Numbered from the stretch's first letter, positions 41,330 through 55,775 are shown. The stretch: DNA of 64,000 nt from Octopus vulgaris (GCA_951406725.2 OX597819.1:36022001-36086000), one strand, 5' to 3'. Numbers and translations are program-made. The notes: generated by a model not told the origin, from the letters alone.

Positions 41330-41655
41330 CTCCTGCATTGTCAGATGTTGTGGCCCAGTTTGGTTGATTTGGTGTTATTCTTCCTATCCTTATTCTTTCA
41401 GGTGTTTTTGTTCTAGTGTTCAAATCCTCATAGTCTTTGCATGCAAAGTGACTGGCAGGTACAAAATGTGATCTGCCAGGTGAAATAGATGCAACACCAA
41501 CATGTTTTACAATGGTTGAGATTTATTGTACAGTGAGATTTCTTCATTTGTAATTCCATCACATTGGGTGACTTTGAGAATCTTCCATAGGCATCATTTC
41601 TGGAATGTCTTCAGCTTCTTAGCCACTTTTGTTGACATTTTCAACGTTTCACTGC
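41330..41655 (-). mobile_element. RTE-type LINE fragment
   Basis: Minus strand reads KLKTFQK*CLWKILKVTQCDGITNEEI. Confidence 0.55.
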
Positions 41656-41659
41656 ATGA

Positions 41660-42290
41660 AGGAGCAGCCCAAGAGGTGGGGTTACACAAGATTGAGGCGA
41701 TGGAACTCTCAAATCACTCACTGGAGATGACATAAGACAAGTTGAAGACTTTGAATATCTCAGTTCATGTTTAACCTCACCAGAGAGAGAACTCGAGACA
41801 AGAAAGGTCCAAGCCTGGAATGCCTGCGGCAAACTGGACAGGATTTGGTAGTCATCACTCCCAAGAAGACAAAAAATCATGTTCTTCAAAGCAATGGTTG
41901 AAAGTGTGCTACTTTAGTGGTCTGAAACTTGGACCCAGTCGAAAACGTTGCAGGAACGACTAGATGGAGTAAGCTACATCCGCTAACTCCAACATGCACT
42001 GCATATTGAATGGCAACAGAGGGTGACCAATAAAAATCTCTACTGGAACCTTCTCCTGATATCAGAGGTGGTCTGTTTTGCTGGGCACTGCTACTGAGCC
42101 AGGAATGAATGCATCAATGATGTGTTACACTGGGAACCAATGTATGGTTACAAGAGCAGAGGTTGACTCGCTACAACATATCTTGACAGACTAGTGATTG
42201 ACAACAGCCTATCAGCTCTTGAGTTCAAGTTAGCAATGGAGTACAGTGACTATTGGAGGAACGTCTGTTCAGATCGAGGAAACTCGATCT
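41660..42290 (+). mobile_element. RTE-type LINE fragment, decayed
   Basis: VEDFEYLSS...AWNACGKLDRIW...AMVESVLL..SETWT...FAGHC with stops. Confidence 0.7.
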
Positions 42291-43049
42291 AATCAATCAG
42301 AAAGTTCCACTAATTGGTAAACTCAAATACATAGCATCAACCATAAGATCCTTTTTCACTTCCAATGTCATGCATATCTTGCCACCCTCTTTTTTCTCAT
42401 ACCTAGTGATTGTACAGAATTGTGAAAACAAATTTGTCAAACAACTGTAAAAATGAAATGGATATATGTAGATCTTTAGACGTTTTCATGTTTTTTGTCA
42501 TGTGTTATTTCAGAGAAAATATTTTTATTTTGGTTCAAAATTTAAACAAAAATTTAGTGGTGAAACAGTGATTGTATTCCATCACACTTCTTTTGTATAT
42601 ATTTTTGAGTTAGTTAACCTAATAATATATAGACACGTAAATATACTTTACAAGTGTGTCAAGGGGAAGTATTTTTTATTAAACAAAGAGGATTGACTGT
42701 AGTAAGGAATCATTTCAGCTGACAGCATTGAATATCAAATTAATTCTCTCTCTATATACATATACACACACATATAAATATATATATGACAGTATCGACC
42801 AAAGACCATCAGGTGTTATTGTACATTGCTGGTCACAATGCGCTTCCGATAAATGTATATACATACATATATTTAAAGTACAGAGAAAGTGGGAGAACAG
42901 GAGAGTTAACATGCATGAAATTATCATGTTAATAATTAGGGTTAATCTTAGCACATAAAAATAAAGCCTAGAAATGCTGAAGAATGACATAAACTGTTAT
43001 ATTAGATGAAAAGGTAGACTTGAACAAACGAGACAGATGTGACAATAGA

Positions 43050-43400
43050 ATGAGAGTAAAAGAGAAAGGGATGAGCGGAAGAGAGAGAGAGTGGGAGAAA
43101 GCAAGAGAGTGAGCGAGAGAGAGTGTAAAGCGAAACAATAATTGAAAAAGCATTGATTGAGTATAGAGAAAGAGTATAAAAGACGAGAAGAAAGAGAGAG
43201 AGAGAGAGAGCGAGTGAAAGCGAGAAGGTGAAAGAAGAAGAGAGAGAAAAGGATTAAGAGAAAAATAGTGAGAAGAGAAAAGCGAGAGAGGAGGAGGAGA
43301 GTGAGAGGAAACGAGAAGTAGTGAAACCGCTAATCTTCCGCCTACGCATGCGCAAATACTTTAGAAGTTGCAGGCGGTTTTTACCTCCTCGTTACTGGCA
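43050..43400 (+). promoter_or_regulatory. Putative promoter of the UGCG-like gene (GA-rich tract + NRF1/Ewg-like CGCATGCGCA)
   Basis: Polypurine/GAGA tract 43050-43320, CGCATGCGCA at ~43345, onset of CpG-richer DNA, ~470 bp upstream of the ATG. Confidence 0.55.
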
Positions 43401-43698
43401 GAAGTTGAATGAGGGAGTGTATTTTATTTGATAAAATCGAGAGAACCGTTACTGCTGCTCCCTTTAGTGGCTGCTTACACGGGAGGTAGGTAGCTGCGGC
43501 TACTAACAACAACACCAACAACACATAGCCATCACCGAAAACTGCTGGTAGAAACCCCCAACAGTTCACAGAAACGGAGAAGGAGAGACAGACATTACCG
43601 GTTTTCTTTTACCCTCCTAAGAACCTCCAAGTTTCTTTCTCTTCTTCATCAGACAGGAAATATAGTAAAACCAAAAAAAAAACCAAAACAAACAAACA

Positions 43699-43740
<42 letters not shown>

Positions 43741-43823
43741 AATGTGTATATAATTATTTTTATAGAAGATTATAAAATCTATATATTCAATAACACATCT
43801 TAAGACATAGCCAACATGTCGAG

Positions 43824-43921
43824 ATGACCATAGTCCATTTAGTTTTTACAGGTATATCTATCATCACCCTTTGTGGATGGTGTTTTGTATGGTTCATCCA
43901 TTTGTGCGCTCTTATATACGG
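43824..43921 (+). CDS. UGCG: First coding exon of probable ceramide glucosyltransferase
   Basis: 98-nt exon MTIVHLVFTGISIITLCGWCFVWFIHLCALIYG followed by a consensus donor GG|GTAAGT. The hydrophobic signal-anchor ending W-x2-H-x2-A-x2-Y-G resembles recalled human (LWLMHFMAIIYT) and Drosophila (WMVHVIAICYG) N-termini. Exon 2 not found in the window. Confidence 0.75.
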
Positions 43922-44085
43922 GTAAGTAATTTTTGTGACGTATCTTTAAACGTTTCGTATCATTATTCCATATGCCTTTAACCATTTTGACACTTCTTTC
44001 CTCACCCCGCTCAGTAACAAGACAACACTAGTGGAGGCATTATACATACATACATACATACACACACACATATATATATATATAT

Positions 44086-44191
44086 CTGTTATGTCTGGGG
44101 AGAGTCATTTTCTTTTTGTGCCTTATTATTTAACACACTCACCGGTAAAATTTCCACTTATTTCTTATTTTCCTCTCCCCAGACACAACAG
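44086..44191. mobile_element. Tiny Tc1/mariner-type MITE
   Basis: TIR CTGTTATGTCTGGGGAGAG / CTCTCCCCAGACACAACAG in TA context. Confidence 0.7.
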
Positions 44192-44262
44192 TATATGTTT
44201 CAACACACGAACACATATAAAGAATCTTGCAAACCAAATCCAAAAACGAAATATACATACAT

Positions 44263-44294
<32 letters not shown>

Positions 44295-44984
44295 GTGTGT
44301 GTGTATTAAGTATTCCCTTAGTTTTTACATATGGTATCACTCACAGATTGGTTCCCTCCCCACCGACTTTGTAAGAAATGTATATTTTTTAAATGACATT
44401 TTACAGAAATTCACGAAAAAAGTAGTACTCAATACATGTTTTTTTCTTTTCCTGTCTGTCTGTCTGTCCCTCACACATTTCATTTGAGGCTGGTGATTCA
44501 TTGTGTTACAATTCATTTTTATCTCGCTCGATGATGTCTGCTGTCATTTACGTGATATTCTATTGTCATCCGAATGTTCGCATCAAGAGATAAGACAACA
44601 AAAACCCCCCCAAAAAACTCTGAGTAGCGACAGTGAACCGACAGCTTGTACATACATAAGCATATGTATGTGTGACTGCGTATTCATTTCGTTGAGTATC
44701 GTCGATATGTTGTTTCAACACCAGTGATCAGGAAATCGGGTATCATCACTTCGATTCAGTCTTTGTCGTTATAAACCTTTTTATCACACCAAACAGCCAA
44801 CACGTATCTTCATTTATTCTAGAATATTTTTTTTTATGGAACTTTTTGTTACTTTCATATTTTACCCCTGATTGTTTTTCTACTTTAAACCGGCTTTCCA
44901 AATCACTGAGTAACTTGGTGAACCCCCAACGTTATCGTACGATCTGGTTGAAATAGCTGACAAATTTCCCTCAGATCACACTAC

Positions 44985-46117
44985 TATATATATATATATA
45001 TATGTATGTGTATATATATATGTATGTGTATGTATATATATATGTATGTGTATATATATATGTATGTGTATATATATATGTATGTGTATATATATATGTA
45101 TGTGTATATATATATGTATGTGTGTATGTATGGATGTATATGTATATATATATGTATGTGTGTGTATATATGTCTATATATATATATATGTGTGTATATA
45201 TGTCTATATATATATGTATGTGTATATATGTCTGTATATATGTGTATATATATATATGTCTGTATATATGTGTGTGTATATATGTCTGTATATATGTGTG
45301 TGTATATATGTCTGTATATATGTGTGTGTATATATGTGTATATATATATGTCTGTATATATGTGTATATATATGTGTATATATATATGTCTGTATATATG
45401 TGTGTATATATATATGTCTGTATATATGTGTGTATATATATATGTCTGTATATATGTGTGTATATATATATGTCTGTATATGTGTGTATATATATATGTC
45501 TGTATATGTGTGTATATATATATGTCTGTATATGTGTGTATATATATATGTCTGTATATATGTGTATATATATATGTCTATATATATATGTATGTGTATA
45601 TATGTGTATATATGTGTGTATATATGTCTATATATATATATATGTATGTGTATATATGTCTATATATATATGTATGTGTATATATGTATATATATATATA
45701 TATGTGTATATATGTCTATATATATGTGTGTGTATATATGTCTATATATATATATGTATGTGTATATATGTCTATATATATATATGTATGTGTATATATG
45801 TCTATATATATATGTATGTGTATATATGTCTATATATATATGTATGTGTATATATGTCTATATATATATATGTGTGTGTATATATGTCTATATATATATG
45901 TGTGTGTATATATGTCTATATATATATATATATGTGTGTGTATATATGTCTATATATATATATATGTATGTGTATATATGTCTGTATGTGTATATATGTC
46001 TGTATGTGTATATATGTCTATATATATATATATATGTATGTGTATATATGTCTATATGTATGTGTATATATGTCTATATGTATGTGTATATATGTCTATA
46101 TATATATGTATGTATAT
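44985..46117. repeat. ~1.1-kb compound (TA)/(TG) satellite with recurring GTCT interruptions
   Basis: Seen directly; it produces the three spurious 357-398 aa ORFs. Confidence 0.95.
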
Positions 46118-48130
46118 AGTCTTTCATATGAAAAAATACATGATCGTTAGGGTTGGAATGTCGATCATGACATTTACTCAGTCAGAGCTGACCTGGGGCT
46201 AAACGACTGCTCCTTACATCAAGGAACACAGATCACGAGGATCATTCCAGAAAGCCCTTTTCCGTCGCCTTCCCCCCGCTTCTATTATGTCCTCACTATC
46301 GTCGTCGTTGTTGTAGGCCGTTTCTATCTCTTAACGTTATATTCGCTAGATTTTAGAAATGTCTGTATTTTTATGTCATATATATACGTGTCACTGATGT
46401 TAGTAAGACAACAACAAAAAGCAAAACAACATAATGTTGATTGAGATGACGTATTTCATAGGAATTCCTGTGTTGCTGAAAGTAAGAGATATGGCGGGGA
46501 TTCAGTCACACCTTGTTCAAATTGCTTCGAACAAATTCTACATTTTACCGGCGTATGTCTTATTTTAAATGAGGATAAATTCTCATAATTATTTCAATGT
46601 TATTCATCATTAAAAAAAAAAAAAGCTGCGGTAACTCGGTTTTTTTAATATAATTTGGAAATATATTTCCGTGCGTTTGTTTAAGTCTTCTTCACAAAAT
46701 GTATTCGGCAATTAAGAACCTACCCAGTTTTGACAATTGATATGAGCGTGGGACTATGATTAATTAAACTAATAATCTCTCTCGATGGTGCATTTGAAGA
46801 AGGATTCTTTTATTATTTTTTTTAGATATGTATGTTTGGTTGCTGTTTACAAACTTACCATCTTTTACTTTTTGGATTGCTCTGACTAAAGGAGCTCTCT
46901 GTAGCCCCATGTCCTTCGCAAATGTCTTCATATATATATATATATATACACACTACAACCTTTTATTAATATTTTTTCCTATATATTTATATAGAGAGAT
47001 AATGAGTGTATATGCGTGTGTATCTGTGTTGACAGATAAATAGTTGGCAGTTATTTTTAGTTGATTGCTATTCAAATGAAAGCAGTGTTAAATAACTTAG
47101 GTTGTCCCGTTTCCTAACATAGGACAAGTATCTTTGCTCTAGATGCAGCAACTATTTCTCTCTCTCTCCACACCTTAAACTATTAACAAGCTCACTTTTC
47201 TTCCGATACGATACAGCTGTTGGTTCCACTTTCTTCACTTTCATTAATTTACCGCTGATCATTGTCCACATTGATTCCAACACACCCTTTTCTTTTTGTT
47301 ATTTATTCACTGTAAGAGGTATTTTGTCCTCCAGTAATCAACCGACGGAATTTAGTGAGGGTTTTTTTTTTTTTTTTCAGTTTTTAAGATTCTTTGTTTT
47401 TATTTTAGTTGATTAGCAGAAATAATTTCTCACCGGTGTAATTTAGGTTGATGTCTTAAAGATAAGAGGGAATTTCTTAGACCCATAAAGAAATATATCA
47501 AATTGCTCTCCAAGTTCATAACCATCATTTTTTTTAATTGTCATATCAAGATATATTTCGATTTATATTTCTTTCATGTAGATTAAAAAATATTGAGATA
47601 AATTTACATCGTTTCCTTGCTAAGCGATTCTCATCACTTGATATATGTATCTGTGTTAAGGAGAACGTGAGGTATAGGGAGCTTCTTGTAAATTAATAGG
47701 GCAGGATGCTATTATGTGCCGGCTTACTGGGACCATGGATGGCGTTGTTGCTGTTAACCACCACTACCACCACCATCAGTTCCTTTCTTTTAACATCCCT
47801 CCCCCTCTTGAAGTTGGCGGAATTCTCGTAAGTCCCCTCAGTTTTAAAATCCCCCCGTCTTAAATTGTGTACACAGGCAAACATTCCTTTTGACTTTGGC
47901 CAAAAATTAATAATTACGCCGATAAAAAGGAACAGTTGTGTGTATGTGTGTGTGAAGGGGGAAGAATTCTTTCATCCGCTTTATTTTTCGTAAATGGAGT
48001 AACAACCCGGATTTGACATATCTTATTTCATGTGAAAATTTGATTTTGAAAAAGAAAATGGCTTAGAAATTAAGGAAAAGATTTGCGATGCTTCAGTTTA
48101 AATAAGTATATAGATTCATTGGTGTGTGGG

Positions 48131-48163
<33 letters not shown>

Positions 48164-48214
48164 TGTGTATTAAAACATCCTCAGTGTAATAGGACTTAAT
48201 GTGGTTAAGGGCTG

Positions 48215-48276
<62 letters not shown>

Positions 48277-48482
48277 TTTGCAAGACATATATTCAGCCGG
48301 CGGAATTTATAGTTTGCTTTACATTTTCTGTAATTTTCTTTTGTTCACTTCACATGTCATACCTTTTGTTTGCATCTTTTAAATAACAGAATAAGTCGAT
48401 TTTTATTTTTTTAAGCTTGAGCATCTAAATTTCGAACCATTTGCAAAATTCGAGTTTTTTTTATGCGCTGTTTTGTTCGATT

Positions 48483-48550
<68 letters not shown>

Positions 48551-48773
48551 GTTTCTTTTTTAAATTGCTATTTTTAACAACAGTTGTCTAAATGAAAAGA
48601 GGTAGGAGTAGGAGGAAGAGGAGAAAGAAGCTAGAGGTGGGGAAGCTGGGTGGGCGGGTATATAGAATAGCGAAGTCATTTTTCTCTGCTACATAAGTGA
48701 AATACTTGTACTGTTCCCGGCTTCTCAGATAGATATACGTTTGTTTCACTTCAGCAGAATTTAGAATACTACC

Positions 48774-48810
<37 letters not shown>

Positions 48811-48882
48811 AAGAATATCAAGCACTTACATATATGTCTTACATCTTTTACAAAATATTCATATTTTATATCTTCTTTGTGT

Positions 48883-48913
<31 letters not shown>

Positions 48914-50307
48914 CTTCATTTCAAACTAATTTGTTTCACAGTTTTTTTAATTTAAATAATTTGTCTTCGAATCGTGCTTCAATTAATCTAATTAATAGAA
49001 ATTTATTTCTGATAATTCACAGTTATTATTAATCCGCCAATCAAAAACTTTTTTTTTTTTTGGGGTTTTTAAATTAAGGCATATATATAGTTACACCCTA
49101 CAAAAAAGTTCTTAGATATATTCTCTTGTTGCTTTAAGTTATTTTGTCTTATCTGTCATTCTGCATCTTCGATGGAATTTCGACCGCCGTCTTTTCGAAC
49201 AAACGATGCTATCTTAGTGAAAATGTGAAGAATGTACTCATATAACCAATGCAGTCAGTCCTCCACATACGTATGGCGGGCGTCGCTGGTATTAAGCTCA
49301 CTCCTTTGGTTATCTGTTGAAACCGTTCCACTTATTTTGATAATAACTTTATTATAATTTCACCTTCCCTTCAGATATGACATTTTGCATGTATAAAGAC
49401 AAGCATCTCATACATACATACATACATACACTTGTATGTTTTGATCTAATTTGATACTGATCACAATTTTTATCTTAATATATGTATATCCCTCTGCAAT
49501 ATTTGATTAGCTATGTTTTTTTTTTTAAATTTAGAATTAATAATTTGCGTACATCACCGAATAATTCTTTACTAGTTGGCTTTTAATTATACACTGAGTA
49601 TGGTCTCGTTCAGTTTATATTTTAATTACTGAAGAAGAGATAGGGAAAGACTATAGAACAAAAGCCGGTGTTTTATCTTTGATTCGAAATAAAATATAAA
49701 TATCAGTCTATATACATTTACTTGTACTTTTAAGCTAATAAAATAGGAATCTACTTTCATAAATATCTTCGTAGAGCGAGTTGTATGCGTGAAATGAAAC
49801 AAAACCACTTAGTTTTAGTTAACCAGTGATATAGTGTGGTGTTGACGTCATCCTATTGACTTCGAATTTCACTGTCATATGATTTAACTCTCACACACGC
49901 ATACACATACAGGATTTTACAACACAGGCAGCATATATTTAATATATATACACACACAGACACAGTTTTGCAATACACGAACTGTCACATACATTTATAC
50001 ACACACGGGGTAGCATTTTACACTACGTGACTGTCACATCGTACACATATTTACACATACAAAAACACACAGCAGGCTTTTACAGCACACGGACTGTTAA
50101 ATCAGGTACACATACAAACATCAGGATTTTAGGTTACATAAACTGACACATAAATATGTGTCACACACATATACACACACACTTGATTATAATAACATAT
50201 TATGACAGTTGGTTCTTTCATTAAATATCTATAGGCTTAATGAATTTTAATATCTACCGTTTGTGAATTCCACAATACAAATGCCTTCAATATTTCAATT
50301 ATTACTA

Positions 50308-50690
50308 AGGCGGCAAGGGAGCAGAATCATTTTCCGCTTCGGACAAAATGCGTAGCGACATTCTGAGTTCAAGTGACGCCGAGGTCGACTGCCTTTTACC
50401 CTTTCGAGCATTGGGGTCGATGTAATTGACTTTATTTACCTCCTTTCCCACATTTCAGGCCTTTTGTCTGTATTAGGGTTATTGATATACTTGTAGAATA
50501 AAGCGTCGGGCAAAATGCTTTGCAATATTTGTTCCAGCTCTCTACGTTTCTGAGTTCAAATTCTACCGCGGCCAACTTGGTCTTTCATCCCTCCGGGATC
50601 AATAAGATAAAGTAGCAGTGAAGCACTGGGGGTCGATGGTATCGGTGTAACCCTTTACTTTAAAAATTGCCGGCCCTGTTCCTTAATTAG
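50308..50690 (+). mobile_element. Two tandem degenerate SINE family B copies
   Basis: TTCTGAGTTCAA...GTCGACT...GGGGTCGATG motifs occur twice. Confidence 0.65.
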
Positions 50691-51415
50691 GCATTAGTAT
50701 TACCACCTTGGTTACAATACTACAACTATCACCATTACAGTTATAATACCACTACTACTGTCGTAGCTACAATGTAACTATCACTGTGACAGTTACAATA
50801 TCTCCATACTAACTACTACTAGTTTACAATATTACTAATATTACCACCTACTAACCAATTCTATACCACAGTTACAATATACTTCATGCTATTACCACTA
50901 CGTTACAATACCACTCGACTACCTCAGCTGCAATACTTTGCTACGACCATTGCCACAGTTACTATTATTGCTATTACCACCACCACTACCGCAGTTTCAA
51001 TACCATTCTACCACAGTTACATTAACGAATACCATAGTGGCTGGTTGGCTGCTACTGGTTTTATCTGTCACTTTCTTTCAAGTTGCGAGAAGCATACTTT
51101 AACACTTGGCAATAGCTTTCTTATTTGAATAAAAGAACAATTACCTTATTGAAAATCCAGTCTGTTAAGTGGAGTACTTTTAAGAATAGTTGACACAACA
51201 AAAACTCGATGTTTGCAATATTTTGTCAATTTTCTCCCCGCTCCCAATTTTTTCTTTCAATTTACTAGGTGTTCTAGTTAAATTTGATTTAAAAACATAT
51301 TTTGTTTAGAAGACAATTTATTTGTATTATACAATATTCACGTTTTAATATCGACTCTATTTGGTTTCAAAAATTCTAATTACAAACAATTGATTTGTGT
51401 TTTGTCTCTCCTCAA

Positions 51416-51447
<32 letters not shown>

Positions 51448-52600
51448 TTATATTTGTAAGAATTTGAATGAAATCCTATGATCTAGAATAATGTAAAAAA
51501 TTCGTTAGTTTATTAAAAACAATCATTTCATAGACTGATGACTACTATTTAGAAACCCTTTAGTTTCTTTCACACGATACACCTCCAGCCCTATCTTCTA
51601 ACCTACTTTAACATTGGGAACAGGCTCCCTACCAATCATTATTTGCCAGCTCTCTTAAGGTCAGCAAAAAAAGGAAGGGTATAAGTGTCAAGCTTTTGAA
51701 ACTATACAAACTGGGACATTTTTTTAGGGTGTCGATAAAGGATAAAATATGCGCTGGTACAAAAACTTAGAGGCTGGGAATGTTAAGTGCTGTACCCCTC
51801 CTTTAAAGCAGGGCATATATTTTTGCTTGAGATATTTCCAAACTCACGAATTAGCAGATTGTGTACATCTTGAAATTAGTTAATTTTGCTGTAAGACTGC
51901 AATTAAAAATTTGTAATACAATACTTGTGTAGGTAATTAAGATATATTTAAAATTTTTAGTAAGGCGTAGCCGTTACTCAAATACTCAAGTGAACGATAC
52001 ACTGACATATCTTAAATTCGATTTCAGCTGTAAATTAGATATGTATTTGAAAAAAAAAAATTAAATTTGTGTCAACAAGATAAATAAACTTATTCTGTAA
52101 CGAAATGTTTGTCAACTATAAACTGATTTTTTTAGCCATTTACATTATTTCTGAATGTCTTATTGAATTCTAATAAACTGTTGTTTTAAATTTCCTTCTC
52201 GTTTGATATTGTCTTGTTAAAAAGGTTTTTGTTTTCGTATCATATTTCCAAACACCAAAATCAGTTAGATTACCATTTTGTATGAGATTTCTTTCTTTCT
52301 TTCTTTCTTTTTTTTTAATGTTTGGGACGTTATGTAATTGTCTATAAATAGCAATTTCAATTTTTAAGAATATATTTTCTTCGTAGACAGTGAATATGGT
52401 TCTGTCAGAATTAGAATTTCTCAAAACTGGAATCCACAATGAAATGTTCGTAATTTAACCCTTAGAAATGTCAAACTTCACCCTTAAACGAACACGTGCG
52501 TGTTTATTGAAAAGAAGGATTTCATATAACATATCGCAAGTGAAAGTACGAAAAGAGCCGGCATTGTTTTTCAAGTTGTCACAAAACCGGAAATCTTATA

Positions 52601-52655
<55 letters not shown>

Positions 52656-55618
52656 ATCGAATGTGGAAATTACCATCCATGCTTTTCTTGTATTCCCAAT
52701 TATAATTAGATGCTGTGAACACTTTCATTGCTATCGAAGATATGGTTGCAATTAAAAGTTTACATAATGTCTTGCCAATGTTTTAATATCGCGCCTCGTT
52801 AACAAATTATGTTACATATTTTAACAATCGTTTCTAAAAATGTGTCTATAAGGGTAACCAACTCGTGTCTCTTGAATCTAATTGCATTAACTCCATAGTC
52901 GGTTATTTCTGAAACTGTTTAAATCAAAATTATTAATTTAACCCTAAAGAATTCTGAGAGGTTTTGTTGTTGAAAAAAAATTTTTTGCTTGTATACTGGA
53001 AGTCATTAATTCCAGGAAAGGAACAATGACCAATGTTTCTCTTTTATCATTTAAGGGGTGGGGTAGTACGGATACTACCACAAATATTCGGTAAATCTTC
53101 CAATTTGATGATAGCAATGAAATGAGATTAGCTTAAGGTGGTTAACAATTTAGTGTTGTGACTTCACTTTTAATTGACATATCTTATGATCGAAGGTTGA
53201 GCCTTCCTTATGGGGATAAATGAACAATTTAATACAGTTGTGAAAAAGGGGAAAATGTTCACCAACGTTATTGTAACTGCCCAAATAGCGATGTTGCCAT
53301 GCCGTTCCTAAGCTTATGGAACCCTAGGGGAGGGTCTTAATGCGAGCAGATGTAAGTTAAGGTATGAGAGAAAAGAATGGGATAGAGTTGTTTTATTATT
53401 GTAGAAGAGCTACATAGCTACTTACATTTAGGAAAGTATTTTTGACAAAATCGAATCAGGGAAGATACATATGTACAGTTTTGCATTTTTAATATTTAGA
53501 ACCTTATCTACATATACATCAAATATTTCAAAATGTAATTTTTGGTGATGTGTATTATTCTTATTTATAGTTTTTACTAACAAAGATTCATTATCATAGT
53601 GATAATTACTCTCATACACAATACATCCATTCTATTGAATGTGTGTTGCAATTTTGGTAGTCAGTTTCAGGGAAATATTTTCTGCTTTTTTTCACTCAGA
53701 ATTATATTGTGAAAATGCTATAAGATCCTATTAATCTCAAAACTGGTATAATAGGTAAAAACTAGGTCAGCAAAGCTTTGACTATGTTGTTAGGGAACAC
53801 TGGTCCAGAAGACCTATGCTTTGTGGGAGTTTTGGCTTGTATTATTTGTTTGTCAAGTGTTAACATAAAGGGTCTTTTGTTAGCTTCTTTTGGCAGTCAG
53901 CAATCACTTCCAAACATGAAAAATTGATGTGAAATTGTGCTTTTTAGTTGATAGAATAAGTGTTTCTGCATCATATTTTAAAGGTCTTGACATAAACCTG
54001 AAAACTATTTCTCAATATCCTTAACTACACCATGATATCAGGAGTTGTATTGGTTTTATTCAGATATTTTCTGGTCAGATGTCTTCTGTCTTATTAGCTA
54101 CCTGCCAACATAATAATATTCCGTGAAGATAAATGATTGGCAACTAGTGACATTCATCATTATTTCACTCTAATTTTCATATCGGTCTATGCAAAATGGC
54201 ACATTGTTACAACTCCTTATGTTCCTAGTTCAAATACTGCTCAGGTCAACTTTGCTCTTCATTTGGTAAAATAAAATATCAGTGAAGCGTTGGAGTTGGT
54301 TTTACTCAATTATATCCTCTACCTCCCTATGTCTGGGAGAAACTAGAATTTGCATATTTTTGGAGCTTGCAATTTTACAGTTGGATTCTCTTATTACTTC
54401 AAATTGCTTTACTTTGAAGTGGCAATGTTATCAGACCAATACATTGGAACAAAACAGATTAACAAAATTGTGACACATGACCATGTTAGTTAAGTCAGTC
54501 TGCAAAATTAATATCTTAGTCATGTAGTGAGGAGTGAGATTTACAAATGTATTTTGTGTGTGTGATTTATGTGTATACCTGCGTATAAACCACAGTATGT
54601 GAAACATGATAGTGTATTTAAATATTTTATTTCAATAAAGCAAGATTTGATATGCACAACCGATATCTTTGTAATTTAAATTGAAAGAAAAAAGAACTTG
54701 TGTTGAAATGTGAGAATGATATTTGACATATTTGACATTGAGATGAGAAAAAAAAAAGGCTTGAAAATAGTGTGGTTAACATCCACCTGGGTATATGATT
54801 GAGGTCAAAGTTTTTAACTTAGATATATTTTGTTTCTTCAGACATTAATGTTTATCTTCTCAAGGAAAAAAAAAAACAAAGTCCTTCTTCCTAGTTTTCT
54901 TAATTGCATTTCTAAGTATACGTATCTATTGTAATGAATACTTTTAAATAAATTGCTGTAATAGTAATGTTAAACAATAACATTCCATTTTGCCACTTCA
55001 TAAACTCATAAAAATTCGTGTAATTGAAACCTGTTAAATATATGCAATTGATTATAGACTACTTCACAGTAATAGATTATTTTAAATCTGACAGTTTTAA
55101 TGTCACAAAATTCTTATCAGTTTTCTGCTAGTGCAACAAAGTGCAGTCTTGACTTTGTGGTTAAAAAGTTTGCAGCCAAATCGTCTGAAGTTCAGCCCTA
55201 CTGGGTAGCTGTTTGCATATGCTCACAGGCCAATAAAATATTTAAGTGTGTTTGATCGATAATAAATGTGTCTATGTGCATGTACATCACACACACACAT
55301 ACACAGGTTTGTGTCTCTTGGTCTTGACAGTGTGTATAAGTTGTAAATGACTGCTACCACCATACAATTATTGTCGTTTGTTTGCAATCTTCTATGGAAA
55401 CATGTTCAGTCATTATGCTGTTCGCGTTCAAAGGATCAAGGAAAACATTACCTCGCTTGAAAAACAGGTGACCTGAAGAACATCTGGGTGTAGAAAGTGT
55501 ACCTCATTGAATTTTCACCTGGTCCATGCAAGCATGGAGAAGTGGATATTGAAATAATATTGACAATCACTGTTGTTGTGACTCTTAACTAGCACCTGTC
55601 ATGTGAGATGGAGTGATT

Positions 55619-55775
55619 GGTGCCACTTTAGCATGCAATCTATCTGGCCATTTATACTTTAGAGTGCTGTCTAACCTTAACTCTAAACCCTAATCCCAAA
55701 CCTTAATCCTAACCCAGATCCAGTCATTTCACAGCATAGATAATGGATACTGCAGATTGCACGTGAAAGTAGCAC
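55619..55775. mobile_element. Small MITE with degenerate (CCCTAA)n core
   Basis: GTGCCACTTTAGCATGCAATCT / AGATTGCACGTGAAAGTAGCAC inverted ends around CTAACCTTAACTCTAAACCCTAATCCC. Confidence 0.55.

Noticed and set aside
45002-46202. Three long ORFs (357-398 aa)
   Set aside because: Translations of a TA/TG satellite (YIYV/CIYM repeats), not proteins. The same applies to the many [12 protein letters not shown] and HHHH ORFs elsewhere.
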